Of a stretch of DNA of 64,000 nt, positions 1-9,477 are shown piece by piece. Source of the DNA: Verrucomicrobiota bacterium (GTDB taxonomy: Bacteria; Verrucomicrobiota; Verrucomicrobiia; Limisphaerales; UBA8199); assembly GCA_049518415.1 (NCBI GenBank), contig JBEKRX010000071.1:18214-82213 (forward strand), read 5' to 3'. Position 1 is the first letter of the stretch; every line of letters begins with the position of its first letter. The translations under genes were made by a program, and so were the position numbers. The notes under the pieces were generated by a model that was not told the origin of the DNA, did not search any database, and saw only the letters and a list, made by a program, of their open reading frames with translations.

Positions 1-135
1 CCCTCCGCCTCAGCCGCGCTTGGGAGGCAGCAGCGAGATGCGCCCCGAGGAATTCCTGTCGTCCCGAAAAGGCTTGCCCTCCCTGTGATCGCGGCGTAAA
101 AGCATTTCGATGGCTGGCAAACAGAAGGTAGAAAT

Positions 136-357
136 ATGGAAATTGACCCAAATGCGGCTCGGTGGTGGGCTGTCTTCGCGCTGTGCGTGGTGGCCGTCGC
201 TATAGCAGTAGCTTCCTGTGCGCTTTACGGAAGGCTGCGCGCAATTCACCACTCCCTGAGAAACATTGAGCACTACGCCAAGAAGCTGGCTCATTCGACC
301 CACGAAGACCCAGGGGAGAGGGACGAGGGCATTTTGGCGTCAGAATCAGAGCCCTGA
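136..357 (+). CDS. small single-pass membrane hypothetical protein (73 aa)
   Basis: ATG preceded by GAAGG; hydrophobic stretch WWAVFALCVVAVAIAVASCALY followed by a charged tail. Confidence 0.55.
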   Translation: MEIDPNAARWWAVFALCVVAVAIAVASCALYGRLRAIHHSLRNIEHYAKKLAHSTHEDPGERDEGILASESEP

Positions 358-359
358 CG

Positions 360-448
360 CAGCGCGGCTGGAGAAGCTCCCTGGTCAGGAAAGCAGCGGG
401 AGCTTTCCCCACCCGCGCTGAAAGCGGCGCTCTGGGCCGAGGCGATTT
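360..448. repeat. degenerate partial copy of dispersed repeat family C
   Basis: gcagcgggagctttccccacccgcgctgaaagcggcgctc resembles gcaacgggagccttcccccgccgcgctggaaagcggcgctc at ~53790. Confidence 0.5.
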
Positions 449-463
449 AACCCGGAAAAGTAT

Positions 464-2809
464 ATGTCCATTTCCCGGCGGAGCTTTCTCAAGAGCAGTG
501 TGAGCGTGGCGGGCGGGCTGGCGCTGGAAGGCCTGGCCGGCGCCGCCCTGCGAGGAGGGACTGGCCCGCCGCCGGGCCTGACCGCCGCCGAACTGCCCAA
601 AGGGGTAGCTCCCCCACCGGTGCCTTTGCCGCATTTCCCAGATCGTCTGCATGCGTTCGTGTGGCGAAACTGGCCGTTGGTGCCTCCTGAACGCATGGCC
701 CGCGTGGTGGGCGCCCACACGGCGGACATCCTGCGGCTGGGACGCGCCATGGGCTTGCGCGGCCCGCCGCGCATCACCCCCGACCAGCAAGCCCGCTCCT
801 ACATCACCCTCATCAAGCGCAACTGGCACCTGCTGCCTTACGAGCAGTTGCTCCAACTGCTGGGTTGGACCGCCGAACAGCTCGCCTACACGTTGCGTGA
901 AGACGACTTCCTGTTTGTCAAGCTCGGCGGGCTTAAACCCCAGTGCGGTTGGCTGGCCTATCAGGCGCCGACTCGGGGCGTGTTGGAGCGGGAACGCGAA
1001 ATGGCGCGCAGCCTGCGCGAAGAACTGCCCGCCGCTTCGACCGAGCCGGAGGAGCCGCTCTTTGGCTTCATCGCCAGGCTTTCCCGGAAGCCAACCGGGC
1101 CGGGCCGTCTGCCAGTCTCCGGCGAGCTCAAGTTTTGCTATTCCTATTTCGCCCCCTATGGCGATCCCTTGCTGGGAAAGGACGTGGACCCCTATCCGGA
1201 AGGCTATCTTGCCCGTCTGGCGCAGGCTGGGGTGAACGGCGTCTGGCTGCAAGCGGTGCTTTACAAACTGGCGCCGTTCCCCTGGGAGCCGGAGCGCAGC
1301 GCGCAGTACCGGACTCGGCTCAAGAACCTGCGGCGCCTGGCCGCCCGCGCGCGCCAGCACGGCCTGCGGGTGTTCCTTTACCTGAACGAGCCGCGGGCGA
1401 TGCCGCTGCGGTTTTTCGACAGCCGCCCGCAACTCAAGGGGGTGGTTGAAGGTGACCACGCGGCGCTTTGCACGAGCGCGCCGGAGGTCGGGCGGTTCCT
1501 GGTTGAAGCCTTGGCGGGCATCTGCCGGGCCGTGCCGGAGCTGGGCGGTTTCTTCAGCATCACCGCCTCTGAGAATCTTACCAACTGCTGGTCGCACGAC
1601 GGGGGCGCCGGGTGCCCGCGTTGCGCCGCCCGCCGGCCGGCCGAGGTTATCGCCGAGGTCAACCGCCTGTTCTGCCAAGGCATTCGCCAGTCCGGCGCGC
1701 CCGCCCAACTCATCGTTTGGGATTGGGGCTGGAGCGACGCTTGGGCCGGCGAGGCCATTGGGCGGCTGCCCGAGGGTGTGGCCTTGATGAGCGTGAGCGA
1801 ATGGCAGCTTCCGCTGGAGCGCGGCGGCGTGAAAACCGAGGTCGGCGAGTACTCGATCTCGGCGGTTGGCCCCGGCCCGCGGGCCCAGCGGCACTGGCGA
1901 CTGGCCCAGGAGCGGGGACTCAAAACCATCGCCAAAATCCAGGCCGGCAACACCTGGGAACTGGCGGCGGTGCCTTATATCCCCGCGGTCGAAAACGTGG
2001 CCCGGCATGCGGAGAGACTGCGCGCGACTGGCGTGCGCAGCTTGATGCTCGGCTGGACGCTCGGTGGGTTCCCCTCGCCGAACCTGGAGGCGGTGTCTGA
2101 GACCCTGGCTTGCGGCTCGGCCCAAGAGGCCATGCGGCGCGTGGCCGAACGGCGTTTTGGAGCGGCGCTGGCCCCGGCCGTGGTCACCGCCTGGCGCGGA
2201 TTCAGCGCCGCTTTCCGTGAGTTCCCTTTTCACACCGGGGTCCTCTACTCGGGGCCCCAGCAGCTTGGTCCGGCCAATTTGCTCTGGGCCGAACCGACCG
2301 GTTTTCAGGCCACCATGGTGGGCTTCCCCTACGACGACCTGGACGCTTGGCGGGCGGTTTATCCCCCGGAGGTTTTCATCCGGCAGTTGGACAAGGTGGC
2401 GGACGGGTTCGAGGCGGCCCTGGACCAGCTCCGAAGTGCCATCGCGCAAGCCAAGACGCCGCCAGCGCTGCCTCAACGCGGGGCGCTGGCCCAGGAGTGC
2501 CGGGTGGCCGAGGCCGCGGCGATTCATTTCCGCAGCACCGCCAACCAGGCGCGGTTTGTCCTGGCCCGGCGCGGGCTGGCGGCCGCCAAAGCCCCTGGCG
2601 GGGCGGGGGCGCAAATCGCCGTGCTGGAGCGGATGCTCAAAGCGGAAATCGCCCTGGCGCGCCGGTTGCATCGGCTGCAATCGGCCGATTCCGCCCTCGG
2701 TTTCGAGGCCTCGAACCATTACTTCTACCTGCCCATTGATCTGGCGGAGAAGGTCCTCAACTGCCGGGACCTGCTGGCGCGTTGGCTGCCGCGCCTGCGC
2801 CCGGATTAG
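464..2809 (+). CDS. Tat-exported hypothetical protein, possibly glycoside hydrolase-like
   Basis: twin-arginine signal SRRSFLK; central GVNGVWLQ/VFLYLNEP/LIVWDWGW segments suggest a TIM barrel; CWSH..CPRC motif. Confidence 0.75.
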   Translation: MSISRRSFLKSSVSVAGGLALEGLAGAALRGGTGPPPGLTAAELPKGVAPPPVPLPHFPDRLHAFVWRNWPLVPPERMARVVGAHTADILRLGRAMGLRGPPRITPDQQARSYITLIKRNWHLLPYEQLLQLLGWTAEQLAYTLREDDFLFVKLGGLKPQCGWLAYQAPTRGVLEREREMARSLREELPAASTEPEEPLFGFIARLSRKPTGPGRLPVSGELKFCYSYFAPYGDPLLGKDVDPYPEGYLARLAQAGVNGVWLQAVLYKLAPFPWEPERSAQYRTRLKNLRRLAARARQHGLRVFLYLNEPRAMPLRFFDSRPQLKGVVEGDHAALCTSAPEVGRFLVEALAGICRAVPELGGFFSITASENLTNCWSHDGGAGCPRCAARRPAEVIAEVNRLFCQGIRQSGAPAQLIVWDWGWSDAWAGEAIGRLPEGVALMSVSEWQLPLERGGVKTEVGEYSISAVGPGPRAQRHWRLAQERGLKTIAKIQAGNTWELAAVPYIPAVENVARHAERLRATGVRSLMLGWTLGGFPSPNLEAVSETLACGSAQEAMRRVAERRFGAALAPAVVTAWRGFSAAFREFPFHTGVLYSGPQQLGPANLLWAEPTGFQATMVGFPYDDLDAWRAVYPPEVFIRQLDKVADGFEAALDQLRSAIAQAKTPPALPQRGALAQECRVAEAAAIHFRSTANQARFVLARRGLAAAKAPGGAGAQIAVLERMLKAEIALARRLHRLQSADSALGFEASNHYFYLPIDLAEKVLNCRDLLARWLPRLRPD

Positions 2810-2912
2810 CCCGGCCGGCGGCCGCTGACCCCCGGCCTCCCGGCGCGCCCTTTGGCGGCGAGGCCCGATTAAGACGCCCTGTGGCGTCCGTGGTCTCTTC
2901 AAGTAAACTTCT

Positions 2913-3057
2913 TAGCGAGGCTGCGCCTCAGACCACCTCGGGAATCCCGATTCGGAATCGGGATTCAATTCACCTAAAAGAAGCGCTGGCTCAGCGCAGC
3001 TTTGCAATCGCAGCGAAACTTGACCTGATTACAATGAGTCTTGCCGGTCAAGAACTC
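2913..3057 (+). repeat. MITE-like dispersed repeat family A, copy 1
   Basis: ~145 bp starting TAGCGAGGCTGCGCC; near-identical reverse-complement copies at 61594-61740 and 49356-49723 (split), partial copy at 43313-43422. Confidence 0.9.
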
Positions 3058-3213
3058 CGGGGCGGACACGCTTGTCTGCCGGTGCGGAGGGCTTTCCCGC
3101 CAGGCGCTGTTGCGGGCGCCTGGAAAGTGGCCTTCAAAGAATCTCTACATTTCTGATTGACCAGGGCGGCCATTCTGTGTGGAGATGGTAGAACGCGTAG
3201 CGGGTGTAATCAG

Positions 3214-6200
3214 ATGGGCAAAGCTTTCTTCAGAAACGGCAACGGTTTGCGGGCGGGCGTGGCGTCCAAGTACGACGCTCACGACACGGTGCTTGCCAAG
3301 ACCTATGGCGCGCTGGCGGACCTGCGCCGCGAACTGGCGGATTCAAAAGCGGCCATCGCTGAGCGCGAGGAGCTGTTGGGCAACTTCGCGGCGTGCGGCG
3401 ATTCGCAGCGCGCCTGGCTGCTGCTGGAGGATTATTTCGAGAAGCTCTCACTCTCGCGCAAGGACTTTCCGAGCACGGATTGGTGGCCGCGGCTGCTGGC
3501 GGCCCAGGGCCGGGCGCGCCTGGAGGAGATGGCTTTCCTGTTCCTGCGGGCCAAGCGCTCGGTGCCGACCGAGCTGGGGCCTTACGCCAACCTGGACCGT
3601 TTCGCGCAGGTCGAGCAAGCCGCCCGGGAACAGCAACTGGTGCAACAGTTGGAGGCCTGGCTGTTTCCCCCCAAACTGGCCCACTTGGACACGCCGCGCG
3701 CCTCGTTGCGGGTGACCTGCGAGCCGCAGCCCGACGCGGCACAGCCCGCCCGCTATCGGCTGGCCGTCCGGTTTCATCTGCTGCGTCCGCGCACCGGGGA
3801 AAAGGTCAAGACGCTGGCCGAGATTCTGGAACTGACCACCCGCGCGGCGCACGAGCAGGAGCTGTTTGCGCCCGCCGACTGGGAATTCATCCAGTGGCTG
3901 GCCGAGACGCGGCCGGCGTCGTTCCAGGCGCCAGGGGAGGCGCTGGTCTTGCCGGACCTGGAGTTGTTGGACTGGCTGGCCCGCTGGGGCCGCACGCGGC
4001 GGCTGGAGCTGCTCTCCAGCCAGGGGCCGCAGGCGCTGGAATTCCACGGCCAGGTGGCCGAGTTGACGCCCCACCTGGAAAACGGCGCCGGCGAGCTTTC
4101 CTTTACCCATCGGTTGAGCGTCCCCGGCGGCCAGGCCTATCCCCTGACCGAGGTGCGGTTTTTCAGCCACCACCCGCCCCTGGCCCTGGCGGGACGGACC
4201 TTCTACCTGGTGCGCAACGCGCCGCCGCCGCCGTTGCTCGCCCGCTGGGCAGATCAGCCGGCCGTGCCTGTGCGCAAACTGAGCCATCGCTTGCTCATGC
4301 ACTTGCGCCGCACCCAGGCCGACCGCGGCGTGGACTGGGAGCAGCTTTGCGTGACCCATCCGGCCGCCCCGCGGTTCGTCTTCGAGTTGCTCGACCACAC
4401 CGTGCGCCTGCGGCTGCTGGCCCGCAGCCAGCGCGACGGCAGCGTCTGGCTCTGGAACGGTCATGAATGGCAGTTGCACGAGGCCAAGCCGAGGCCGACC
4501 GACAAGCCGGAGTTGCTCGATGACCCGCGGCTCGAACCCGCCACCCTCTGGCTGCGGCAATTGGATTGGTTCACGCCCGAGCCCGGCCTGTGGGTGGGCG
4601 ACGCCACCGAGGCCTTCCTGGACACGCTGGCGCGGGCCTGGTCCAACCGGCCCCAGGCGGCCGACTACCTGGGCAACTCCGCCTTTCAGCGGCTGTTCCT
4701 GGCCCCGCGCCAATTGCGGCCCCGCCTCGTCGTCAAGGGCAGCGGCATCGATTGGCTGGCCGTCTCAGCCGAGTGGGAACAGGAGGGCCTCAAGCTCACC
4801 GCCGCCGACCTCGCCCGCCTGCAATCGGCCACGGGCCGGTTCGTCAAGCTGCCCGACGCGGGCTGGGTCGAACTGGACTCGGCCGCCGTGCAATCGGCGC
4901 ACGAGGCGATGGCGGACCTGGGGGTGGACGGCTTGGCGCCGGCGGCGCAGCGCCTCGGCCTGGAGAATGCCGCGCACCTGGACGAAGAAGGTTTGCAGCG
5001 GTTCGGTGATACGCCGCAGGCCCTGGCCTTGCGCCAGCGCCTCAAGGAGTTCAAAGGCATTGCCGGCACCGCCCTGCCTGCCAGCCTCCGGGCCGAGATG
5101 CGGCCCTACCAGCAGGACGGCTACAACTTCCTGTGCCACCTGACGCAAATCAAGCTGGGCGGCATTCTCGCCGACGACATGGGCCTGGGCAAGACGCTCC
5201 AGACCCTGGCCTGGCTGGCCTGGCTCAAAGAGCGCAACGCCAGGCAGCCCAAGCCCGCCCTGGTCATCTGCCCGGCCTCGGTCCTGCACAACTGGCGGCG
5301 CGAGGCCAGCCGCTTCACCCCGCAACTCAAAGTGCTGGTCCTCGAGAGCGGCGCGGCCCGCCACAATTTACGCAAGCAGATCCCCCAGCACGACCTCATC
5401 GTCACCAATTACGCCCTGCTCCGACGCGACCTGGAGGAACTCCAGAAGTTCGCCTTCCGCGCCGCGATTCTCGACGAGGCCCAATTCATCAAGAACCCCG
5501 GCGCCCAGGTCACCCAGTCCGTCAAACAGTTGCGCTCCGAGCATCGCCTGGCCCTGACCGGCACGCCCCTGGAAAACCGGCTGCTCGATTTGTGGAGCAT
5601 CGTCGATTTCATCCAGCCGGGCTATCTCGGCAGCCAGGAGCAATTCTCCGAAACCTATGAGCCGCGCGGCGAAAACGCCGAATCCGCCCAGCGCATCGCC
5701 CGCCGCCGGCTCTCGGCCAAACTGCGCCCGCTGCTCTTGCGCCGGTTGAAAAAGCACGTCGCCAAAGACCTGCCGGAGCGCATCGAACAGCGCCGCGACT
5801 GCGAACTGGCCGAGGAGCAGCGCAAGCTATACCTGGCCGAGTTGCGCCGCCGCCGCGACCAGGTCATGCAAACCGTCGCCGAGCAGGGCCTCAACAAGAG
5901 CCAGATGCATGTCCTGGCCGCCCTGACGCGCTTGCGCCAGATTTGCTGCCACCCGAAACTCGTCGGCAACGATTCGCCCTCGGGGAAAACCGAGACCTTG
6001 TTCGAGCTGCTCGATTCGCTGGTGGCGGAGGGGCAAAAGGTGCTCGTCTTCAGCCAGTTCGTGCAGATGCTCCTGTTGCTGGAGGGCGAGTGCCGCCAGC
6101 GCCAGTTCAGCACCCACCTCCTGACCGGCCACACCAAAGAGCGCCAGGAGGTGGTCAACGCCTTCCAAGACGATCCCAATCCCGCCGTCTTCCTGCTTAG

Positions 6201-6489
6201 CCTCCGCGCCGCCGGCACCGGCCTGAACCTGACGACCGCCAGCTACGTGGTCCTCTACGACCCCTGGTGGAACCCGGCCGTCGAGGCGCAAGCCATCGAC
6301 CGTTCCCATCGCATCGGCCAGACCCAGACCGTCAACGCCTACCGCCTCATCTCCCCGGGCACCGTCGAGGAAAAAATCTGGGAACTCCAGCAGAGCAAGG
6401 CCCAAACCATTGCCGACGTGCTCGGCGAGGAAGGCTTCGCCCGCAGCCTCACCAGGGCCGACCTGGACTATTTGTTCGCCGAGGATTAG
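3214..6489 (+). CDS. SNF2-family helicase-like ATPase
   Basis: GILADDMGLGKT, LDEAQFIKN, LTGTPLEN, LRQICCHP, DPWWNPAVEAQAIDRSHRIGQ motifs. Confidence 0.95.
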   Translation: MGKAFFRNGNGLRAGVASKYDAHDTVLAKTYGALADLRRELADSKAAIAEREELLGNFAACGDSQRAWLLLEDYFEKLSLSRKDFPSTDWWPRLLAAQGRARLEEMAFLFLRAKRSVPTELGPYANLDRFAQVEQAAREQQLVQQLEAWLFPPKLAHLDTPRASLRVTCEPQPDAAQPARYRLAVRFHLLRPRTGEKVKTLAEILELTTRAAHEQELFAPADWEFIQWLAETRPASFQAPGEALVLPDLELLDWLARWGRTRRLELLSSQGPQALEFHGQVAELTPHLENGAGELSFTHRLSVPGGQAYPLTEVRFFSHHPPLALAGRTFYLVRNAPPPPLLARWADQPAVPVRKLSHRLLMHLRRTQADRGVDWEQLCVTHPAAPRFVFELLDHTVRLRLLARSQRDGSVWLWNGHEWQLHEAKPRPTDKPELLDDPRLEPATLWLRQLDWFTPEPGLWVGDATEAFLDTLARAWSNRPQAADYLGNSAFQRLFLAPRQLRPRLVVKGSGIDWLAVSAEWEQEGLKLTAADLARLQSATGRFVKLPDAGWVELDSAAVQSAHEAMADLGVDGLAPAAQRLGLENAAHLDEEGLQRFGDTPQALALRQRLKEFKGIAGTALPASLRAEMRPYQQDGYNFLCHLTQIKLGGILADDMGLGKTLQTLAWLAWLKERNARQPKPALVICPASVLHNWRREASRFTPQLKVLVLESGAARHNLRKQIPQHDLIVTNYALLRRDLEELQKFAFRAAILDEAQFIKNPGAQVTQSVKQLRSEHRLALTGTPLENRLLDLWSIVDFIQPGYLGSQEQFSETYEPRGENAESAQRIARRRLSAKLRPLLLRRLKKHVAKDLPERIEQRRDCELAEEQRKLYLAELRRRRDQVMQTVAEQGLNKSQMHVLAALTRLRQICCHPKLVGNDSPSGKTETLFELLDSLVAEGQKVLVFSQFVQMLLLLEGECRQRQFSTHLLTGHTKERQEVVNAFQDDPNPAVFLLSLRAAGTGLNLTTASYVVLYDPWWNPAVEAQAIDRSHRIGQTQTVNAYRLISPGTVEEKIWELQQSKAQTIADVLGEEGFARSLTRADLDYLFAED

Positions 6490-6567
6490 CTCGACAAGAT
6501 TGGCTTGCCTCGATAATGCGGCCGTAGGACCGGAGCGCCGGCTTCCAGGAATCCCCAACCGGTCCGC

Positions 6568-8835
6568 CTACCTGATCCGGAGCCGATAAAACCGGGCCGG
6601 GTTCGAGTTGGTCTCGGTGACGACGTTTTGGGGCCCTATGGCGTTGGTGACCACCAGGGGCACGGCGGTGACGTTGGACCAGGCGACGTTGGCGCTGAGG
6701 GCGCCGTTGAATTGCAGCAGGTAATTGGTCAGGTCCGCCGGCCAGGAGACCAGCACCTGGTTGCTGGAGGAGAGTTGAATCGTGAGCCAGGGCGGCGACG
6801 TAACACGCGTAAGGTTGGTCACGCTGTTGTTGCCCGCCACAGGGTCATAGTCATAGGCCTCCACTGTGGCCATATTAGTGAGGGTCCCGGCCACCCGGGG
6901 AGCGACGCAGGTCAGCGTGATGGTGGCCGACCCGCCGGCGTTGAGGTCCCCGAGGCTGCAAAGCAACGAGTAGCCCACGGTGGTAAAGGAGCCCTGGGAG
7001 GTCGTTTTGGCCACCAGATTGGACAAGGAGGGTGGCGTGTCGCTCAAGCGCACATTGGGCGCGGTGTAGGGGCCGCTGTTGGTAATGGTAATCGTATAGA
7101 CCAGGTTGCTGGAGGCGGGAACGGGATCGGGCGCGACCGTCACCTGGAGCGCCACGTCGCTGTAATCGGCCACGAACGGGGCCGCGGTGGCCGGCGCGCC
7201 GCCCGGGGTGGAGACGGTGATTGGCCCGGTGGACACGCCCTCCGGCACAGCAGCCATGATGGTCGTGTTGCCGGCGATGGTGAAGCCGGCGGCCAGGCCG
7301 TTGAACCGCACGGCCGTGGCGCCCAGGAGATTCAGGCCGGTGATGGTGACATTGGTTCCGGGCAGGCCGTGCTTGGGGTTGAAGTCCGAAAGGCTGGGCG
7401 CCCCATAGAACCACCGGCTGCCGCTGTCGGCCCTGCCGCCGGGGGTCATCAGGCTGAGCGGCCCGGTGGTCACGTCATCGGGCGCCATTGCCCCGATGGT
7501 CGAGTTGTTCGTCACTACGAAGCTGGGGGCCGGGAGGCCGTTGAACCAGACGGTCCTGGCGTCGGTGAAATTCGCCCCCGAGAGCCGGACCCAAGTGCCC
7601 GCCGGCCCGTTGGCAGGAGTGAAAGTCGAGATGGTTGGCGGCAGATAGAAATTGCCCGGGCCGATGGCTGTGCCGTCGGAGGTCGTCACGGAGATTGGGC
7701 CGGTGGCCGCCGCTGCGGGCACGAAGGCCGTGAGTTGGCTGAAAGTGAAGCCGGGCTGCAGGGCGGCGAGCACGCCGTTGAATCGCACGGTCGGTGTTCC
7801 GGTTCCGGCGTTGAAATTGGCGCCCCAAACGGTCACGGCGGTATTCGGCGGACCGGAAGTGGGAGAAAAACTGTAGATCGCCGGCCAAACCACGAAGCTG
7901 GAGGCGGTGGTGACGGAGCCGGCGGGTGCATTCAAACGGATCGGCCCGGTGGTCGCGTTGGCCGGCACGGTGAACTGGAGGGTCGAGTTGTTGGTGGGAG
8001 TGACCTCGAGGGGAAGCCCGTTCAGCAGCACCGCGGTCGCCCCGAGGAAGTTGGCGCCCGTCAGCACCACGTTGGTTCCGGGCGGACCCGCCGCCGGGGA
8101 GAAACCGGTGATGGCTGGCGGCACGAAAAAGTTCGAGCTGCTGGTGTAGCTCCCTCTTGGGGTGGTGACTGCGATCAGGCCGGTGGTCACTGTGCCCGGG
8201 GCGTTGATTTGCAGCCGGCTATCCGATTCAGCAAAAAGGCCCGTCCCTGGCTTGCCGTCGAAAGTCGCACTGGTGGCGCCGGTGAAGTGCTCTCCGTTCA
8301 GGATCACCTGGACGCCGCCCGCCCCGCGCCAAGGGCTGAAATCATGGATGTATGGGCCGGGGCCGACGACGACGAAATCCTGGAGGCTGGAAGCGGCGAG
8401 GCCATTGACGATCACAGTAATCGTGCAGGGGCCCGCCGGCGCTGCCGCCGGCACCTCGGCCTGAATGTCAGTGTCGCCGACCGCCCTGGCCAGCGGGTCT
8501 GGCACGTTGCCGAACTTCACCACCAGCGTCCCCGAGAGGCCGGGATAAAGGCCGGTGCCGTGAATGTGCACGTAGTTTGGGTCGCCGGTCGCCGCAAAGG
8601 CCGGACTGAAATCAGTAATGACCGGCGCCCCGAGGAGCTGACCCACGCCGGCGAACAGCAGCAGGGCCGGACCGACGAAACCAGAGCTAAGTACTGGGTG
8701 ACGTAAATACGATGACGTAGGCGGCGAGGGATTTTTGGCGCAGACGAGGCGCGAGCACCGAGCATATCCGCAGCGATCTGTGAGGTGCGAGCAACGAAGT
8801 CTGCGCCACCATCTGCGGGGGCAAATCAATGACAC
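6568..8835 (-). CDS. secreted IPT/TIG repeat protein with DUF11-like domain and C-terminal FYRL domain (start uncertain)
   Basis: six P.I..FSP..G..G..V.l.G.NF repeats; DVALQVTVAPDPV..NLVYTITITNSGP (DUF11-like); ends RFYRLRIR; signal-like PALLLFAGVGQLLGA. Confidence 0.85.
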   Translation of the reverse strand: MSLICPRRWWRRLRCSHLTDRCGYARCSRLVCAKNPSPPTSSYLRHPVLSSGFVGPALLLFAGVGQLLGAPVITDFSPAFAATGDPNYVHIHGTGLYPGLSGTLVVKFGNVPDPLARAVGDTDIQAEVPAAAPAGPCTITVIVNGLAASSLQDFVVVGPGPYIHDFSPWRGAGGVQVILNGEHFTGATSATFDGKPGTGLFAESDSRLQINAPGTVTTGLIAVTTPRGSYTSSSNFFVPPAITGFSPAAGPPGTNVVLTGANFLGATAVLLNGLPLEVTPTNNSTLQFTVPANATTGPIRLNAPAGSVTTASSFVVWPAIYSFSPTSGPPNTAVTVWGANFNAGTGTPTVRFNGVLAALQPGFTFSQLTAFVPAAAATGPISVTTSDGTAIGPGNFYLPPTISTFTPANGPAGTWVRLSGANFTDARTVWFNGLPAPSFVVTNNSTIGAMAPDDVTTGPLSLMTPGGRADSGSRWFYGAPSLSDFNPKHGLPGTNVTITGLNLLGATAVRFNGLAAGFTIAGNTTIMAAVPEGVSTGPITVSTPGGAPATAAPFVADYSDVALQVTVAPDPVPASSNLVYTITITNSGPYTAPNVRLSDTPPSLSNLVAKTTSQGSFTTVGYSLLCSLGDLNAGGSATITLTCVAPRVAGTLTNMATVEAYDYDPVAGNNSVTNLTRVTSPPWLTIQLSSSNQVLVSWPADLTNYLLQFNGALSANVAWSNVTAVPLVVTNAIGPQNVVTETNSNPARFYRLRIR

Positions 8836-8895
8836 ATTTATGCTTTACAAACCCTGCCCCTTGAGGGTAAGCTTGCCTCCCGAACTGAAGAATTT

Positions 8896-9339
8896 ATGCG
8901 AAATCGAATCCCTTTCCTTGCCGCCCTGGTCCTGGCTGCCGCCCTGGTGGGCGGGTGCGCCAACACCGAGCGCAAACTCGGGCGCGGCGTGAGCAATACC
9001 TTTGAAATCGTTCGCATGGGCGAGATGCGCCGCACCCTCGAGCAGTCTTGCTTGTTCGACGGCCCCAATACCGGCCACGCCACCGGCCTGATTCGGGGGC
9101 TTAACCGGACGCTGGCGCGGACCGGCATCGGGCTTTATGAGGTCGTGACTGCCGCCTTCCCGCCCTACGACCCGGTTTTCACCGATTTCATGTCCCCTGG
9201 TCCTGTGTATCCGGATAATTACCAACCCGGGCTGGTCGAGGACCCGGCCTTTTCCACCGACACCAATCTGGGCTTCAGCGGGGGCGACATTGCGCCGATG
9301 GTGCCGGGCAGCCGTTTCCGGGTTTTCGATACTCACTAA
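8896..9339 (+). CDS. lipoprotein resembling the exosortase-associated TIGR04073 family
   Basis: lipobox-like VGGC, then KLGRGVSN..E and G..RTLAR..G.YEVVT..FPP. Confidence 0.7.
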   Translation: MRNRIPFLAALVLAAALVGGCANTERKLGRGVSNTFEIVRMGEMRRTLEQSCLFDGPNTGHATGLIRGLNRTLARTGIGLYEVVTAAFPPYDPVFTDFMSPGPVYPDNYQPGLVEDPAFSTDTNLGFSGGDIAPMVPGSRFRVFDTH

Positions 9340-9353
9340 TCACTGCCCCGTGG

Positions 9354-9372
9354 TCCCGATTCCGAATCGGGA
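9354..9372. repeat. stand-alone TCCCGATTCCGAATCGGGA palindrome
   Basis: 9-bp perfect arms; same palindrome as the core of family A. Confidence 0.8.
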
Positions 9373-9477
9373 GCGTTCGCCGCTGGATTGTGCCGCGGGA
9401 AGACCGCGGTTTATGGTGCCAAGGCGCGTCCAAACTTTGGAGGTCGAGGCGCTCCCAGAGCTGATTTGCGCCCGCCA

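Noticed and set aside
200-2902. 900-aa minus-strand ORF and many similar long antisense or alternate-frame ORFs
   Set aside because: Shadow frames of real genes in high-GC DNA; Arg/Pro/Gly-rich with no motifs
2782-3156. 124-aa ORF with peptides recurring at 49.4 and 61.6 kb
   Set aside because: Translation of repeat family A, not a gene
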